Positions 27,301-38,487 of a stretch of DNA of 64,000 nt are shown here, piece by piece (the first letter of the stretch is position 1; each line of letters begins with the position of its first letter). The translations under genes and the position numbers were made by a program. The stretch comes from Phallusia mammillata. Taxonomy: Eukaryota. Location: positions 7,502,001 through 7,566,000 of the forward strand of contig OZ281498.1 of NCBI GenBank assembly GCA_965637545.1, written 5' to 3'. The notes under the pieces were generated by a model, which saw only the letters and a program-made list of their open reading frames with translations, was not told the DNA's origin and ran no database searches.

Positions 27301-30300
27301 TGCAATGCAGTGTTTATGCGATTGTAAAACTCGGCTTGCATAGTTTTCAACTCAGCAGTTTGTGCAACTTACAATTGTAGGGGGCTACATTTTAAAGTCA
27401 TGTCGATATTATTTCTGACCCGCCGTTTGGAATAAATTGACTTTCAAAATTATTTCCATGTGGACATTATAGGTCAACATACGTTCTGCTGGGTACAATT
27501 ATTTGCGAGACTAACAATAGTTGACAAATAGTTTTACCAGGCAACAACAGAAAAATGTGTTTTAATCCATGATATTTAACATCCAAGCATGACGATGAGT
27601 TACTTTATTTTTTAACACTTCAACATGCTGGTTACAATCGAGTAAATACGGCGCACAAAATGTTTGGTTAGTGTAGACGACTAAGGTTTGACGGTAAAAA
27701 AACGATTTACGATTGTTTTACATTTCATTTCAGGGATGCAGCGTTGAGACACGTTCAGACTTTCATGAAAGAAAATCATATCCAAACAGAAGTTTTTGAG
27801 ATGGACGAATCGGCGTTAAGGGAAGAGGCTGTTACAAAAGAAGCTCGCCAATCTTTGTTGGAGTCTTTCTTCCGACGCGCTTTCTCTGAAGTGAGTTTAA
27901 ACCGATAAGCTGATCGCTTCATTTTGAGTTTTTTGTACAGTTTGTCGTGTAAAACATAACAAATCCTTGCCAAAAAGTGAAAATGAATGAATAAGATCAC
28001 TTTTTCGCTTATCAATCTAGAACCAACGAACTGATAAGCATATTTTTGATAGGGACTGTAATAATACAGATACATTGAAGTTAACATCAACATAATCCGA
28101 AAAATCGGTCTAAAATTCGCAAATAAAAAACCAACACTTCCAAACGAATTTTTACGGTAATCATTAAACGCGAATTTAGGGGCAATAAACGCTGTCTCCA
28201 ACCTAACGTCTTTAACAGAGGTATTCCTCAATATTTTAGGTCCTTCACCTCGAAAACAGTGACGAGTGCAAAAAGAGCAACAAAAAAGACGATTCTAAGA
28301 AAACAAGACACAGGACGATGGAGATTGCAGACTGTGAACTAACCCAGGTAATCTCCTGCCTGATACACTGAATCTGATGCAAAACTATTTTCAGAACCAG
28401 CCATTAAGTTTAATACCAACTTCAAAAAGGCCAGTTTTTTCTTGCTATTAATCGGAATATGCAAACTAATGATATAAGCCACAGTGAGGATTCAAAATGC
28501 AATAAATCGGAATTTGCGATTGATCCGATGGTAATTTTATACAATGAGAGGAAATATGGCATGAGCACAAATCATGTTACGACTCAAATTGAGCTGCGTA
28601 TCATGTTTGCAGGCACTTGAAGCTTTTGTAATTTATTTTAAATATAAATCTTCTTTTATAGACGGAGCTAGCAGAAACAATGGGAATGAAACCCAACTCT
28701 CTGTTCGTGCAACAAATGTTTCAACTTGCAGATACCGACAATAGTGGATACCTGTCGTTCAGAGAATTCGCGGATCTCGTTATTCTGCTCATGAACGGTC
28801 AGTACTGTTCGAATTCGACGCATTTACGACAAAAAATAAATTGTATAAAGTTCACTACCTGTTAATAGCGAATCAACATTATCATTAGGTGTTTAAGAAT
28901 GCGGTAGGGTGGTCAATATGGAAATGTATACATGGGTCAAGCTGTGTGTGTAATTCACTGATTTTATTCAAATACAGTGTTCGAGGTTCGAGCTGTATTT
29001 TGTACACACTGTTTTGACCCGTGGGGTATAATCAGTGCAGCCGATGACAATACTAGCCTTGCTAAAACTAGCCTTTATGGCCATAGTGTACTGTCTGCAA
29101 TTAACTTGTCATCATAATGACCCAACATTTTCATGTCTTGCATAATATTTTTGCTTTTATTTTGCTTTTTATTATGCTTTTATGAATCTCCCAAATGCAA
29201 TTTAATGTAGAAAAAATCAGATAAGCAAAACGCAACGTCAAGGAATGACTATAAAGTCACTTCACGCTTCAATGCGTCATTCGTAACAAGACCACGACTT
29301 TGCTGCAAAAGGGTTGATAATCTCTCCTCTATAAATAGTGACGCTAAACAAATAATACAAAACGTTACAAAATTAGATAACAAAATTTCCCCAATACGTC
29401 GAAAAAAAACAAATAAAAAGTTCCATTACGTTTTTTTCTCATAAACATCGAACGATTATTTTTCTAGAAAAGCAATAAAATCTTATCTATTAATTTTTCA
29501 CAAACATATAACCCATATTTGCAATCGTTTGTTGCGATAAACAACCTGTTGTAAACCTTTTTGGATCATTTTACCAATGTGGCTTTAATTTAAAGGTTCA
29601 CCCGAACAGAAAGCACAGATGCTATTCGACATGTACGATGTGGACCACAGTGGTGAACTCAACAGAGAAGAAGGAACCAATATGATACGGTAAGTCTTAA
29701 GTCTACAAACATTATGTATTGGATACTTCATTGCATATTTGTCACAATACAGTCGAAGCTTATGAACATACACGTCAACTTACAACCAAGATTTTATAAA
29801 GTCACACCATTTAGGGCCGCGGCATATTCTTTCAAACGTTAAAACAAAAATAGATTTAATTAGCCCAGTTATTGTGATACACGACGAGTCCGGTTCAATG
29901 CATATCGGTTAATCGCATTATCCGTTGAATTACACAAGGAATTACAGCTTGATCGCATTTAAAAGCTTTGCAAAGTGGGTATGCAATTAACTGGATTCGT
30001 CAGTAATGGAATATGGTTAAAAACACAGCAATGTCCAAGGATGGTGCTTAAAGTAGATTAAGGCCGTTTAGGTCAAGTATATACAATTTGTACTTTATTC
30101 AATTTTATTACCCCAATCTGCCAAAATCAACCTCTATATATCAACTTTTGCTATTGAGAAATATTAGGGTAAATATTATTATCTCGCCGTTCTACAGATC
30201 ATTTCTAGAGATGGCTGGTGCTAAAGTTGGTGCAAATGACATTGATGCGGCGGTAGAGACGATATTTAAAGAAGCTGGGGTCGGACAGGACAAAGATTGT

Positions 30301-33300
30301 CTGACATTGGAGGATTTCACTTATGTTATGCTGAAAGAACACCGAGACGCATTTGAGGGTGCTCAACTGTCAATACCAGGTAGAATAAACTAAACGGTGT
30401 CCGTACAGCAGAGTTGCAAGCGGGCCCGAAATCTGAGCCCGAACCCGGCCCGAACCCGAAAGTATAAGCCCGAAGCCCGACCCGAACCCGAAACGTTTTT
30501 GAGAAGCCCGTTTAGGCCCGAAATTTTGATTGACAGGTCTATCCACGAAAGCCTTGCAACAAAGTATGAGAAAGAAAAAAAGAGAAAAGACAACAAACAC
30601 AATGAACAATAGTAGACAATGGGGTAAACAATACGTTTTAGACCAGGGTGGGCATTCGATCAAAGCGAGAGAATCGTTACTAAAAAATGACGGAAACGGA
30701 ACGTAAAGTCAGGCCCGTTTTGAGCCCGTTTTCTGACAAATACCTAAGCCCGAACCCGGCCCGAACCCGGCCCGAAAAGCCCGGCCCGACTTGCAACTCT
30801 GCCGTACAGTAACAAGTACACAGTAACAATCACGTCTACAAACAATATTTTTGACAACTTAAATTGTGAATATTTTGAAATGAAGGCTCTTGATACGGAA
30901 TCAAAACCATTTTTGTTGAAATCCAACGCTAAAGGCTCAAGAATACCCGAAAAAATTACCATAAGGCTGAAAATCTTTCAGATTCTATTTTTAGTATCAT
31001 ATTTTACAACATTATACGACATTTAGGTTACACACGTCCTGCAAAGAGGAGGCCGATCAAGTCACAGGGATCCGTTACCAACTTGTAAGTGAAACACCAA
31101 GTTTAAAAATATTTGCTTTGGAAAGTGTGACCATATTTTGTACACAAAAATGTATCACACACGGGAGGTGTTACATAAGCCTGAATGCAGACTCGTTATG
31201 TTCCTCGATTCTAAAACGCTTTACTTGGCGGTTTTGCTGTTGCCATATGCGAACTCAATATGATATTTTAATTGGTTCTGCTGATTTGCATATAATGTAC
31301 CGAGGGCGTATGTTGAAAAAAATACTTAACTAGTGACATGGATTAAAACTTGATATTTTAAAAATGATATCAGCATACTTGTCTGCTTTACAGCACCCCA
31401 TCAATTGAACCTAAATCGGAGCTGCGGAAGCGAAACGGTACAGGTGATAGCAAGGAAACAATAAAGTAAGTTACAGTTACTGCACATTATAGAAATGAGT
31501 TATAGACATTAAACTACTTTATGCAGTTGAATTTATATGCTCGGGCACATAGTGTCCTTTTTTTCGTTTGTAAACCTCATACTGTAGCAAAGTATGGAGT
31601 AACGATTTGTGAACAAATATACACAAGTTAATGAGAAATGACGACACATAAGCTGAAGGCTGGAAGAATTTGATTTTATTAGAATAGTTTTCAAATGTTA
31701 ACTTTATTTCCTGACAGCGAGGAAACAGAAAAGAAGGTTTTCTCAGAAGCGGCCGCTACAGAGGAAGAGAAGACTTGGTGGGGAAGATACTGGAAATCAA
31801 CCAAGCGATATGTTGAAAACTACAGAAGACATATCTTGTGCATGGTTGTGTTTTATGGCATAACTATAGCTCTGATGGTAGAGAGGGCCATTTGTAAGTG
31901 AAAGTTGATATTTTGCATAAAACCTGTGTGAATATCCGTAAACATTAAGCCAGCGAGTGTACGCCTTGATTTCAAGGCATAACACAACAAACCAATATTA
32001 GCCAACCTAAAACAAACGCTATATATTGTATGAGACAATTCAAGCATTATATCCACAAGTTCAATATAGGCACTAGTATCAAGCGCAGAGCTATCACATC
32101 AAAACATACAATCAAGAAAACCAATAATGATACAATTACGACATTAATAAGGTTATTTTTCCAACAAAACGACTATAAAAGTTCTTGCTCTGAGTCACGC
32201 AAAGTGCCATTCTAAACTCTACAACAACCCTACAAGTCAACAAATGTAAATCGAGCAAAAGTTACGTCTATTATTTGCCATGTTTAAAACTTTTCATAGA
32301 ACATCACCAAAGTTTTACGCCTTCTTATTTCGGTAGACTGCCAGTAGTTTACACCCTATGAAAAGGAAAACCATTTGTCCGCTAAAAGGCACCAACCATA
32401 ACTACACGTTCTTCCATACTGCTAAGTCAAGAAGTATTACACAAATCCAGTCCTTCAACACTACACATAGATTATGCATATTTGCGTTATAATCAAGTAC
32501 ATATTTTTACAGTCTATGCTTTCGGGGCTGAACATCAAGGCATCCGGCGTGTAACAGAATGGGGAATCATCATTAGCAGATCAACAGCAGCCGCTATGTC
32601 CTTTCACTACAGCTTTATATTACTGACCATGTCCAGGAATCTCATCACATTCTGTAGGGAAACTTTCCTCAAGAACATTATACCCTTCGACTCGGCTGTA
32701 GCGTTCCACAAGCAAATTGCCTACGTAGCTCTTGTCGAAACAAGTAAGGGACATAAAGCAATTGGAAAATGCTATTCGTGCAATAAGATAGCGTTTTGTT
32801 AATTTAACTTGTTTTTGCTTTGCAGTATTGCACGTCTTCGGCCATCTGGTGAACATCTACCATTTTAGCGTACACCCTCTACCAGTACTGGCCTGTTTGT
32901 TTCCCAAACTTTTCGTCGACGACGGGTAAGTTATGTGTAATCGATTTTGCACTTGCTAGAAAACAGGGTTTCTACACATTTTCCAATCTCGGACTATTTT
33001 CACCTCAGTATGATGAAATAATCGAAACAGATGAATTATAAAAGCTGTGGGGAGTAGAAAATATTATTAAATTTCAAGACATGGGTGGCAGACTCACGTA
33101 ACCATTTCAATAACTCAATGAAGTCCGCTAATTATAGAAACAGTATAGAAACACTATTATAAACTGAATGCTCAAAAGTATAGCACTACTGTAGGACTTA
33201 AATCCGCACCCAACAAATGACCCGAAATGTCAACCTTCCTTACAAGAGAAAAAGATTCGAAATGATGTGATGTTTTATTTAGGTCCGACCTGCCTAAGTC

Positions 33301-36300
33301 TGTAACGTGGTGGGTTTTCGAGACGATACCAGGAATGACTGGTGTTCTGCTCCTACTAACAATCGCCATCATATACGTGTTTGCTATGCAGTTCTCAAGA
33401 AGGTTTTGCTTCCGTGCGTTCTGGATCACACATCATATGTACAGTAAGTTAAAATTTATGATGGTGGAAGTGTTGACAAGTTTTCACATTATAAAAAAAA
33501 CTAGTCAAATTTCGACACGGCCAGCATACGTTGCACAATCTTTTGTTTGTATAACATATGAAGTCCAAAATCTGTTCTTCTATATGGTACTTGTTCCAAA
33601 ACATGAACACTAAAGCCAGAGGGAAAGATAAGATACAAAAAGCACATGGTTTCAAACAACAGGACACGAATATTACACGATTGTAAACCAGTTTCCTCTG
33701 TGGTTTATGGCCAGGTGTGGCATCGAACAGAATTGGAGAGGCATGACTTTCAGTCTGTTACTCCAAATAAACGTTTGCGGTTAGATGGATGCACTAGCCA
33801 ACATAGCCTGTGTCTTGTCACCAGCTGCACTGATGAGACCTTATGGGTTGAAGCAGCGTGCACTGTCTGCAGATTACTTAATATCAGACTCCCAACAGAA
33901 CAAAACAAGTACCAAACAATATAAAGTACATATATTTTGTTTTCAGCTATTATGTATGTATTGGTGATTCTGCATGGAAGTATGGCGATCGTGCAATCCC
34001 CAGTCTTCCACTTCTACCTTGTCGTTCCCGCTGTTATCTTCTTCGTCGACAAGATGATTACCATTGGAAGGTCAAAGGTCGAGATCAAGGTCGTCAAAGC
34101 AGAAGCATTGCCGTCAGGTAGCAAAACATAGTAGAAGACTGTAATTTTTCTTGCTGTTTATTAATAATGCTCAAGCATAAATCCATCTGAGCTCGGGGGT
34201 TAAAAACCCAGGGCTAGTCAAAAGTCCACAAAGTAATTCTGCTTAATGGTCAAATATGGCTGCTTTATTGCTGTTTTTTTACGGAATAAAAGTTCATAGC
34301 TTATAGTTTAAGTGTCATATTTTGGAAAAAAGAAGAAGAAATTACATTCCCAAATGACAAAATCTTGTTAACATGCAGGAGTTACCAATCTGGTGTTTAA
34401 ACGACCCACGGCGTTCGACTACAGATCAGGACAATGGGTGAAAATCGCGTCACTGGCACTTGGCCCAAACGAATATCATCCATTCACACTAACTTCTGCA
34501 CCACACGAGGTAAGACAATGAACCAAACCAGGGGTGGGGAACCTTTTCGTTTGTGAAGGCCGCCAAACGGTTTATCGACACTCGTTCAGGCCGCACAGAC
34601 TATTTCTCAGACCAAGGACAGTGGCATTCTTTTTGACTTACAGAATGGTTGGTGTGCTATTGGACTTACGGTCCAATCTAAATAAAATTCGTCACTACAT
34701 TTCCACCCTCACTACAACATTGAGGAATTTATTAACATAGAAACTCGCTTGTTTACCAATATCAATCTAAAAGCAGCTTGTGACATCACAGACGAGTTTA
34801 AGACATTCGATTATGGGCAAACAATTGTTCTTTTGCAACACAAGTAAGATTGTAGAACCTTGGTCTCTTGGCAGTTCTATGGATATCACTTTGTGTACCA
34901 GTACGCAAACATTTGGCTCTAGTTTCAAAACCTCTGCCCTAGAACCAATCAAATAGTAATATGGAATAAAGGTAAAAAAATACGTTTCTGTCTAGTTTTT
35001 AGCGCCTGGTGCAGTGTGTATTATCAACATCCTAAATTGTATTCTGACATCGAAGGACGCACTTAGTGCCCTAAAAGGCCGCCGGTTCCCCACCCCTGAA
35101 CCAAACCATGACTACATTACGCATACTGTTGTTACCAAAACAAAGGAAAAATTGTTGATTTTCATGACACATAAAACATAAGAGACCTGATTTGTTTGAA
35201 ATTAAAACGGCCCAACATTTTTTTTTCAAAATCGACAACCCTAATGTTTTCTTACAAAACAATGTTTAAACAATCAGTGCACAATATTTCTTAAACAGTT
35301 TTAAGGTGACATTTTTTATATAAGTAGAAACACATGGCCAAAAAATGACATAGTTGTTTAAACTCTTACAGCGCTACTTGTCTCTTCATATAAGATCGGT
35401 TGGCCCATGGACGACCAACTTACGAAACTTGTATCAAGGTGCTATTGACAGTCACGAAAGTCTGCCCAATGTAAGTAGCACTCAGTGACCATATACATAA
35501 AACGTATAAGTCTTTCAAAAGCAACAAGTATGATATCAACATAAGTTCCTGCACTAAAATGTATGCTTTACTTCATTATAATTTAGACCGTTTTAGGCGA
35601 CAATATATTGCTGCAGTATAATAACCAGTTTCGGTTAACCACTCGAAGTGCGTTGCGTACGAGTGCTCAAGGTGTTTATGTCTAACAACGCCAATATAGG
35701 TGTATTTAAAATCTGTTTTGTAGTTGTATTTGGACGGACCATTCGGAGAGGGCCACCAGGATTGGTACAAACACGATGTAGCGGTTCTGGTTGGAGCTGG
35801 TATCGGTGTCACCCCGTTTGCCTCAATTCTGAAAGACATCGTCAACAGAACGAGGACCGACAAAGGATTCCAGATTACTTGCAAAAAGGTTGAAAATGAC
35901 ATTGGCAATAAACAAACGCAAGCCAAACTGGTCTTTGTTAAGTGAAATACGGAGGAAATCGTTTAATCGGGATTCTAATGTGTCAAACGTATTGTTTCGA
36001 TTACTCCATGTGCGATTAACCGGTTTCGTCCCTATATATACAATATTAGTTGTGAATTACGTCTAAAGGTATGCAATAACAATTTACCGACTTTTGCCTT
36101 GGCAATTCTTTGACGCAATTATCAGTAAATTACGTTAAATGATTGTGCGTGATTGCGAGTCGACTTTGCGCGGTAAAATCTAGCCACAATGTGTATTTTT
36201 CTAGCCTACGCCTTGCCATATGGTGATGAATGCTTGGTGACCGGCTGATTCGGTATGACGCCTTTAATGGGCCTGGCGTACTGTGATTTTTTAAAATTGT

Positions 36301-37753
36301 CAACATTTGTGTGAACTGTAATTCTATGTATTGATGTTGAACTTTTTAGGTCTATTTTGTGTGGGTAACTCGAACGCAACGCCACTTTGAGTGGTTAACC
36401 GACATTATCAAGGATTTGGAGGAATCGGAGGGCGGCGATCTTGTGTCAACTCATATTTACATTACACAGTTCGCTAACAAGTTCGACCTTCGCACAACTA
36501 TGCTGGTGAGGAAAACAACCTAATAAAACCTTTAGAAAAACTGATAGATAAATACAGAAACCATTTTAAACCTATTCACGTTATTACTTAATAAACGGTA
36601 GATGACTTCACGCTTATTGAAGATTCAGGCTGATATATATTACACGTGACTGTTGTCTTAATTGCTCATACTAAGTCGCTGGTGACTTGTGAATATATAA
36701 TACGCTACACATAGTTTACACACGTTAGTAACAAACGGAACACCCAAACAATCGTAAACTGCCTAATAGCTTTCTACGAACAAAGCCTGGTTACGTTTCA
36801 ATTAGAAGCTTTATCGTTTTGATTACAAATCAAAATCGAGGTAAAACATCTCCTTACGTGCAGCACAACATCAGCTAGATATCTAAAATCTCTCCAATGT
36901 ATTCTTTACGTTACTTTTTTTACAGTACATATGCGAGAGATACTTCCAGAAGGTGGCGAACAAGAGCATGTTCACGGGTTTAAAAGCGACGACGCACTTC
37001 GGTCGTCCACAGTTCGAGCTTTTTCTTAATTCACTTCAAACTATGCATAGCGACGTAAGTATGCACAAATGACTTCATATATGTTTTGTACCACTCATAA
37101 CTCTAAACTAGAAACCTCGTTGGCCACTGACTGCACAACGAGAAAATATTTCTGAAAGCTGTTTTTTTTTCCTGGAAATTTTACAACTCATCTTTAGGTA
37201 ACAATTTCTAAGCGTTTGAGTGCTTGACGACTGCCTTTAATTAGATGATACACGCTTTTGGTTGACTAATTTCACAACCGGTTTGAGTGTAAACAATACA
37301 TGTTGTTTTGGATTAACGATTTCCATGCAATTAAACCGAGTGTTCCATTACCCGGAATCGTCGAATGAGATAATGAAGCTACATCATGTTTATACCCCTA
37401 CTAATCTCAACCAACACAAACGTGAAGTGATTGTTGAACACCAACAAATTCTTGTGCAAAAAATGGAAAAAAATTGCCAGGATTAAGCGAAAATTCGGAT
37501 TAACCGATGTCGATTAGCTCAAGCCTTACTACATTACAAATCATTTGTACCTCAAGTTTTATCTGAATTAGACGAAGATCAGAATTAACTGAATCCGGTT
37601 TACTGTTTAACACATTTTCATTTTGAACAGGTTCGTAGATTCGGTGTGTTTAGTTGCGGACCACCAGGCCTCACAAACGGTGTGGAAGATGCATGTAAAC
37701 AAGTCAACAAAATGCACAAGGCTCGGTTTAGTCATTTCTATGAGAACTTCTAA
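15343..37753 (+). CDS. DUOX: Dual oxidase (signal peptide, peroxidase-homology domain, TM, EF-hands, ferric reductase-like TM region, FAD/NADPH domains); 34 coding exons, 4674 nt, 1557 aa
   Basis: Exons: 15343-15439, 16793-16876, 17884-18039, 18878-19059, 20694-20907, 22148-22272, 22583-22691, 23003-23202, 23418-23514, 23725-23888, 24207-24385, 25619-25734, 26030-26167, 26540-26677, 26817-26938, 27068-27171, 27734-27890, 28240-28347, 28662-28797, 29596-29689, 30198-30379, 31027-31084, 31394-31465, 31718-31893, 32513-32743, 32826-32925, 33283-33443, 33947-34117, 34379-34509, 35372-35470, 35724-35888, 36350-36505, 36926-37054, 37631-37753. All junction phases are consistent. Motifs: [33 protein letters not shown]-hands [13 protein letters not shown] and [46 protein letters not shown]-terminal HFYENF. 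Confidence 0.97.
16408..16640. repeat. Degenerate ~120-bp tandem dimer in DUOX intron
   Basis: AAGTAC(C/G)TTTTCA and ACAATTTAAAAAT(A/G)TTAGCTAC each recur about 120 bp apart. Confidence 0.6.
18455..18741. mobile_element. hAT (Charlie-like) MITE (287 bp) in DUOX intron 3
   Basis: Perfect 15-bp TIRs CAGTGGTTCCCAACC / GGTTGGGAACCACTG; TSD GTTTAAAC on both sides. Confidence 0.95.
21958..22075. mobile_element. Decayed fragment of the CAGAGTTG hAT MITE family (cf. 30409-30801)
   Basis: AAACGGGCTTTATGTGGGCCTGACTT resembles the reverse complement of AAGTCAGGCCCGTTTTTGAGCCCGTTT near 30710; GTCGGGCC/CCGAGC motifs follow. Confidence 0.5.
24536..25403. mobile_element. Non-autonomous hAT element (868 bp) in DUOX intron 11
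   Basis: Perfect 19-bp TIRs CAGACTTGGACAACTAGAT / ATCTAGTTGTCCAAGTCTG; perfect TSD CTCGGCAG (24528-24535, 25404-25411); arrays of subterminal TTCTAG/TTCTAATCTA motifs at both ends. Confidence 0.93.
25404..25575 (-). ncRNA. Type I hammerhead ribozyme at the 3' end of a retrozyme-like unit (copy 1, intact catalytic core)
   Basis: Minus strand GCTGCA-CTGATGA-GACT GAAA GGTC-GAAA-CA ATGGGCGC TG-TC/TGCCG. Core CUGAUGA (25447-25441), helix II with GAAA tetraloop, GAAA (25428-25425), helix III, GUC cleavage triplet (25413-25411). Confidence 0.85.
29002..29085 (-). ncRNA. Degenerate hammerhead, retrozyme-like family copy 3 (DUOX intron 19)
   Basis: Minus strand TTGTCATCGGCTGCA-CTGATTA-TACC CCACG GGTC-AAAA-CAGTGTGTAC aligns to copies 1 and 2; core mutated. 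Confidence 0.65.
30409..30801. mobile_element. hAT MITE (393 bp) with GCCCGAACCCG subterminal repeats, DUOX intron 21
   Basis: TIRs CAGAGTTGCAAG / CTTGCAACTCTG; perfect TSD CCGTACAG. Confidence 0.95.
33700..33872 (+). ncRNA. Type I hammerhead, retrozyme-like family copy 2, in sense orientation within DUOX intron 27
   Basis: CTGCA-CTGATGA(33830-33836)-GACC TTATG GGTT-GAAG-CAG CGTGCA CTG-TC/TGCAG. Perfect 5-bp helix I; two core-adjacent substitutions. The ~170 nt unit is homologous to copy 1. Confidence 0.8.
34529..35098. mobile_element. hAT MITE (570 bp) inserted 19 nt downstream of the DUOX exon 29 donor
   Basis: Perfect TIRs CAGGGGTGGGGAACC / GGTTCCCCACCCCTG; TSD AACCAAAC (34521-34528, 35099-35106). 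Confidence 0.95.
36195..36283 (+). mobile_element. 5'-truncated copy of the SINE at 54184-54347
   Basis: TACGCCTTGCCATATGGTGATGAATGCTTGGTGACCGGCTGATTCGGTATGACGCCTTTAATGGGCCTGGCGTACT is nearly identical to the minus-strand body at 54184-54262. Confidence 0.8.
37480..37605. mobile_element. Decayed relative of the MITE at 59459-59629
   Basis: TTTTATCTGAATTAGACGAAGATCAGAATTAACTGAATCCGGTTTA matches the reverse complement of the left arm of the 59459 element. Confidence 0.55.
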
Positions 37754-38487
37754 CTTGCCTTCCTGCCTAGCGCCTGTACCAAGTCATCTTGCTGTAAAAA
37801 ATGTTTCACGCTTTTTGTTCGTTGCTTTCGTACTGCCGTGTTCGCAAAAAAATGTGTGCATCAAAAATTATACGTATTTTGAACCAAACTTTCGCCTGCT
37901 TTTTATGTGTGGTTTGTAGTAAGAACAACAACAAAGAACATTTACATTGCAACTTAAAGTACCTTGCTGTCAAACTACGTTTGAACACAAAGCTACACCG
38001 GTGTAAATAAAACGTTAAACATATTTACAATACTGCAACGCATATACTGTGTTTTTTTTTAATGTTAGAGTAATTGCAAAAACTCGGTATATTTATAAAC
38101 TTATGTCATAGGTTATCACAAAAAATACCATTTCACACATTTTTCACACTAAATTAGTTTTTTAAACTGCTTTCCTAAAGTTTTACACTCATTTTAACAC
38201 TAATAAAGACAATAAACTTCAATATGTTAGCATATATCCTTCAGTGAAAACAGTCTACGTCTTACTGATTTCGTGTACCAAGCTTTTCACAAATTTACAG
38301 TCATTTCTAGCCGATAAAAATTAAAGAAATATACATCTCAATGAACATACAAGTCCACATACGCAGCCTTGGGTTAAGCACAGCCACGTATAATAATATT
38401 CAGTAAGCACGAATTAAATCAAAGCAAAAAAGCACACATATGTACCTTGAAACTATACAGATCACCAGAACGCTTTAAGATTCCAAA

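Noticed and set aside
30370-30962. Several overlapping ORFs with PNP/ARPEP-like repeats
   Set aside because: They arise from the GC-rich subterminal repeats of the MITE at 30409-30801 and are not coding.
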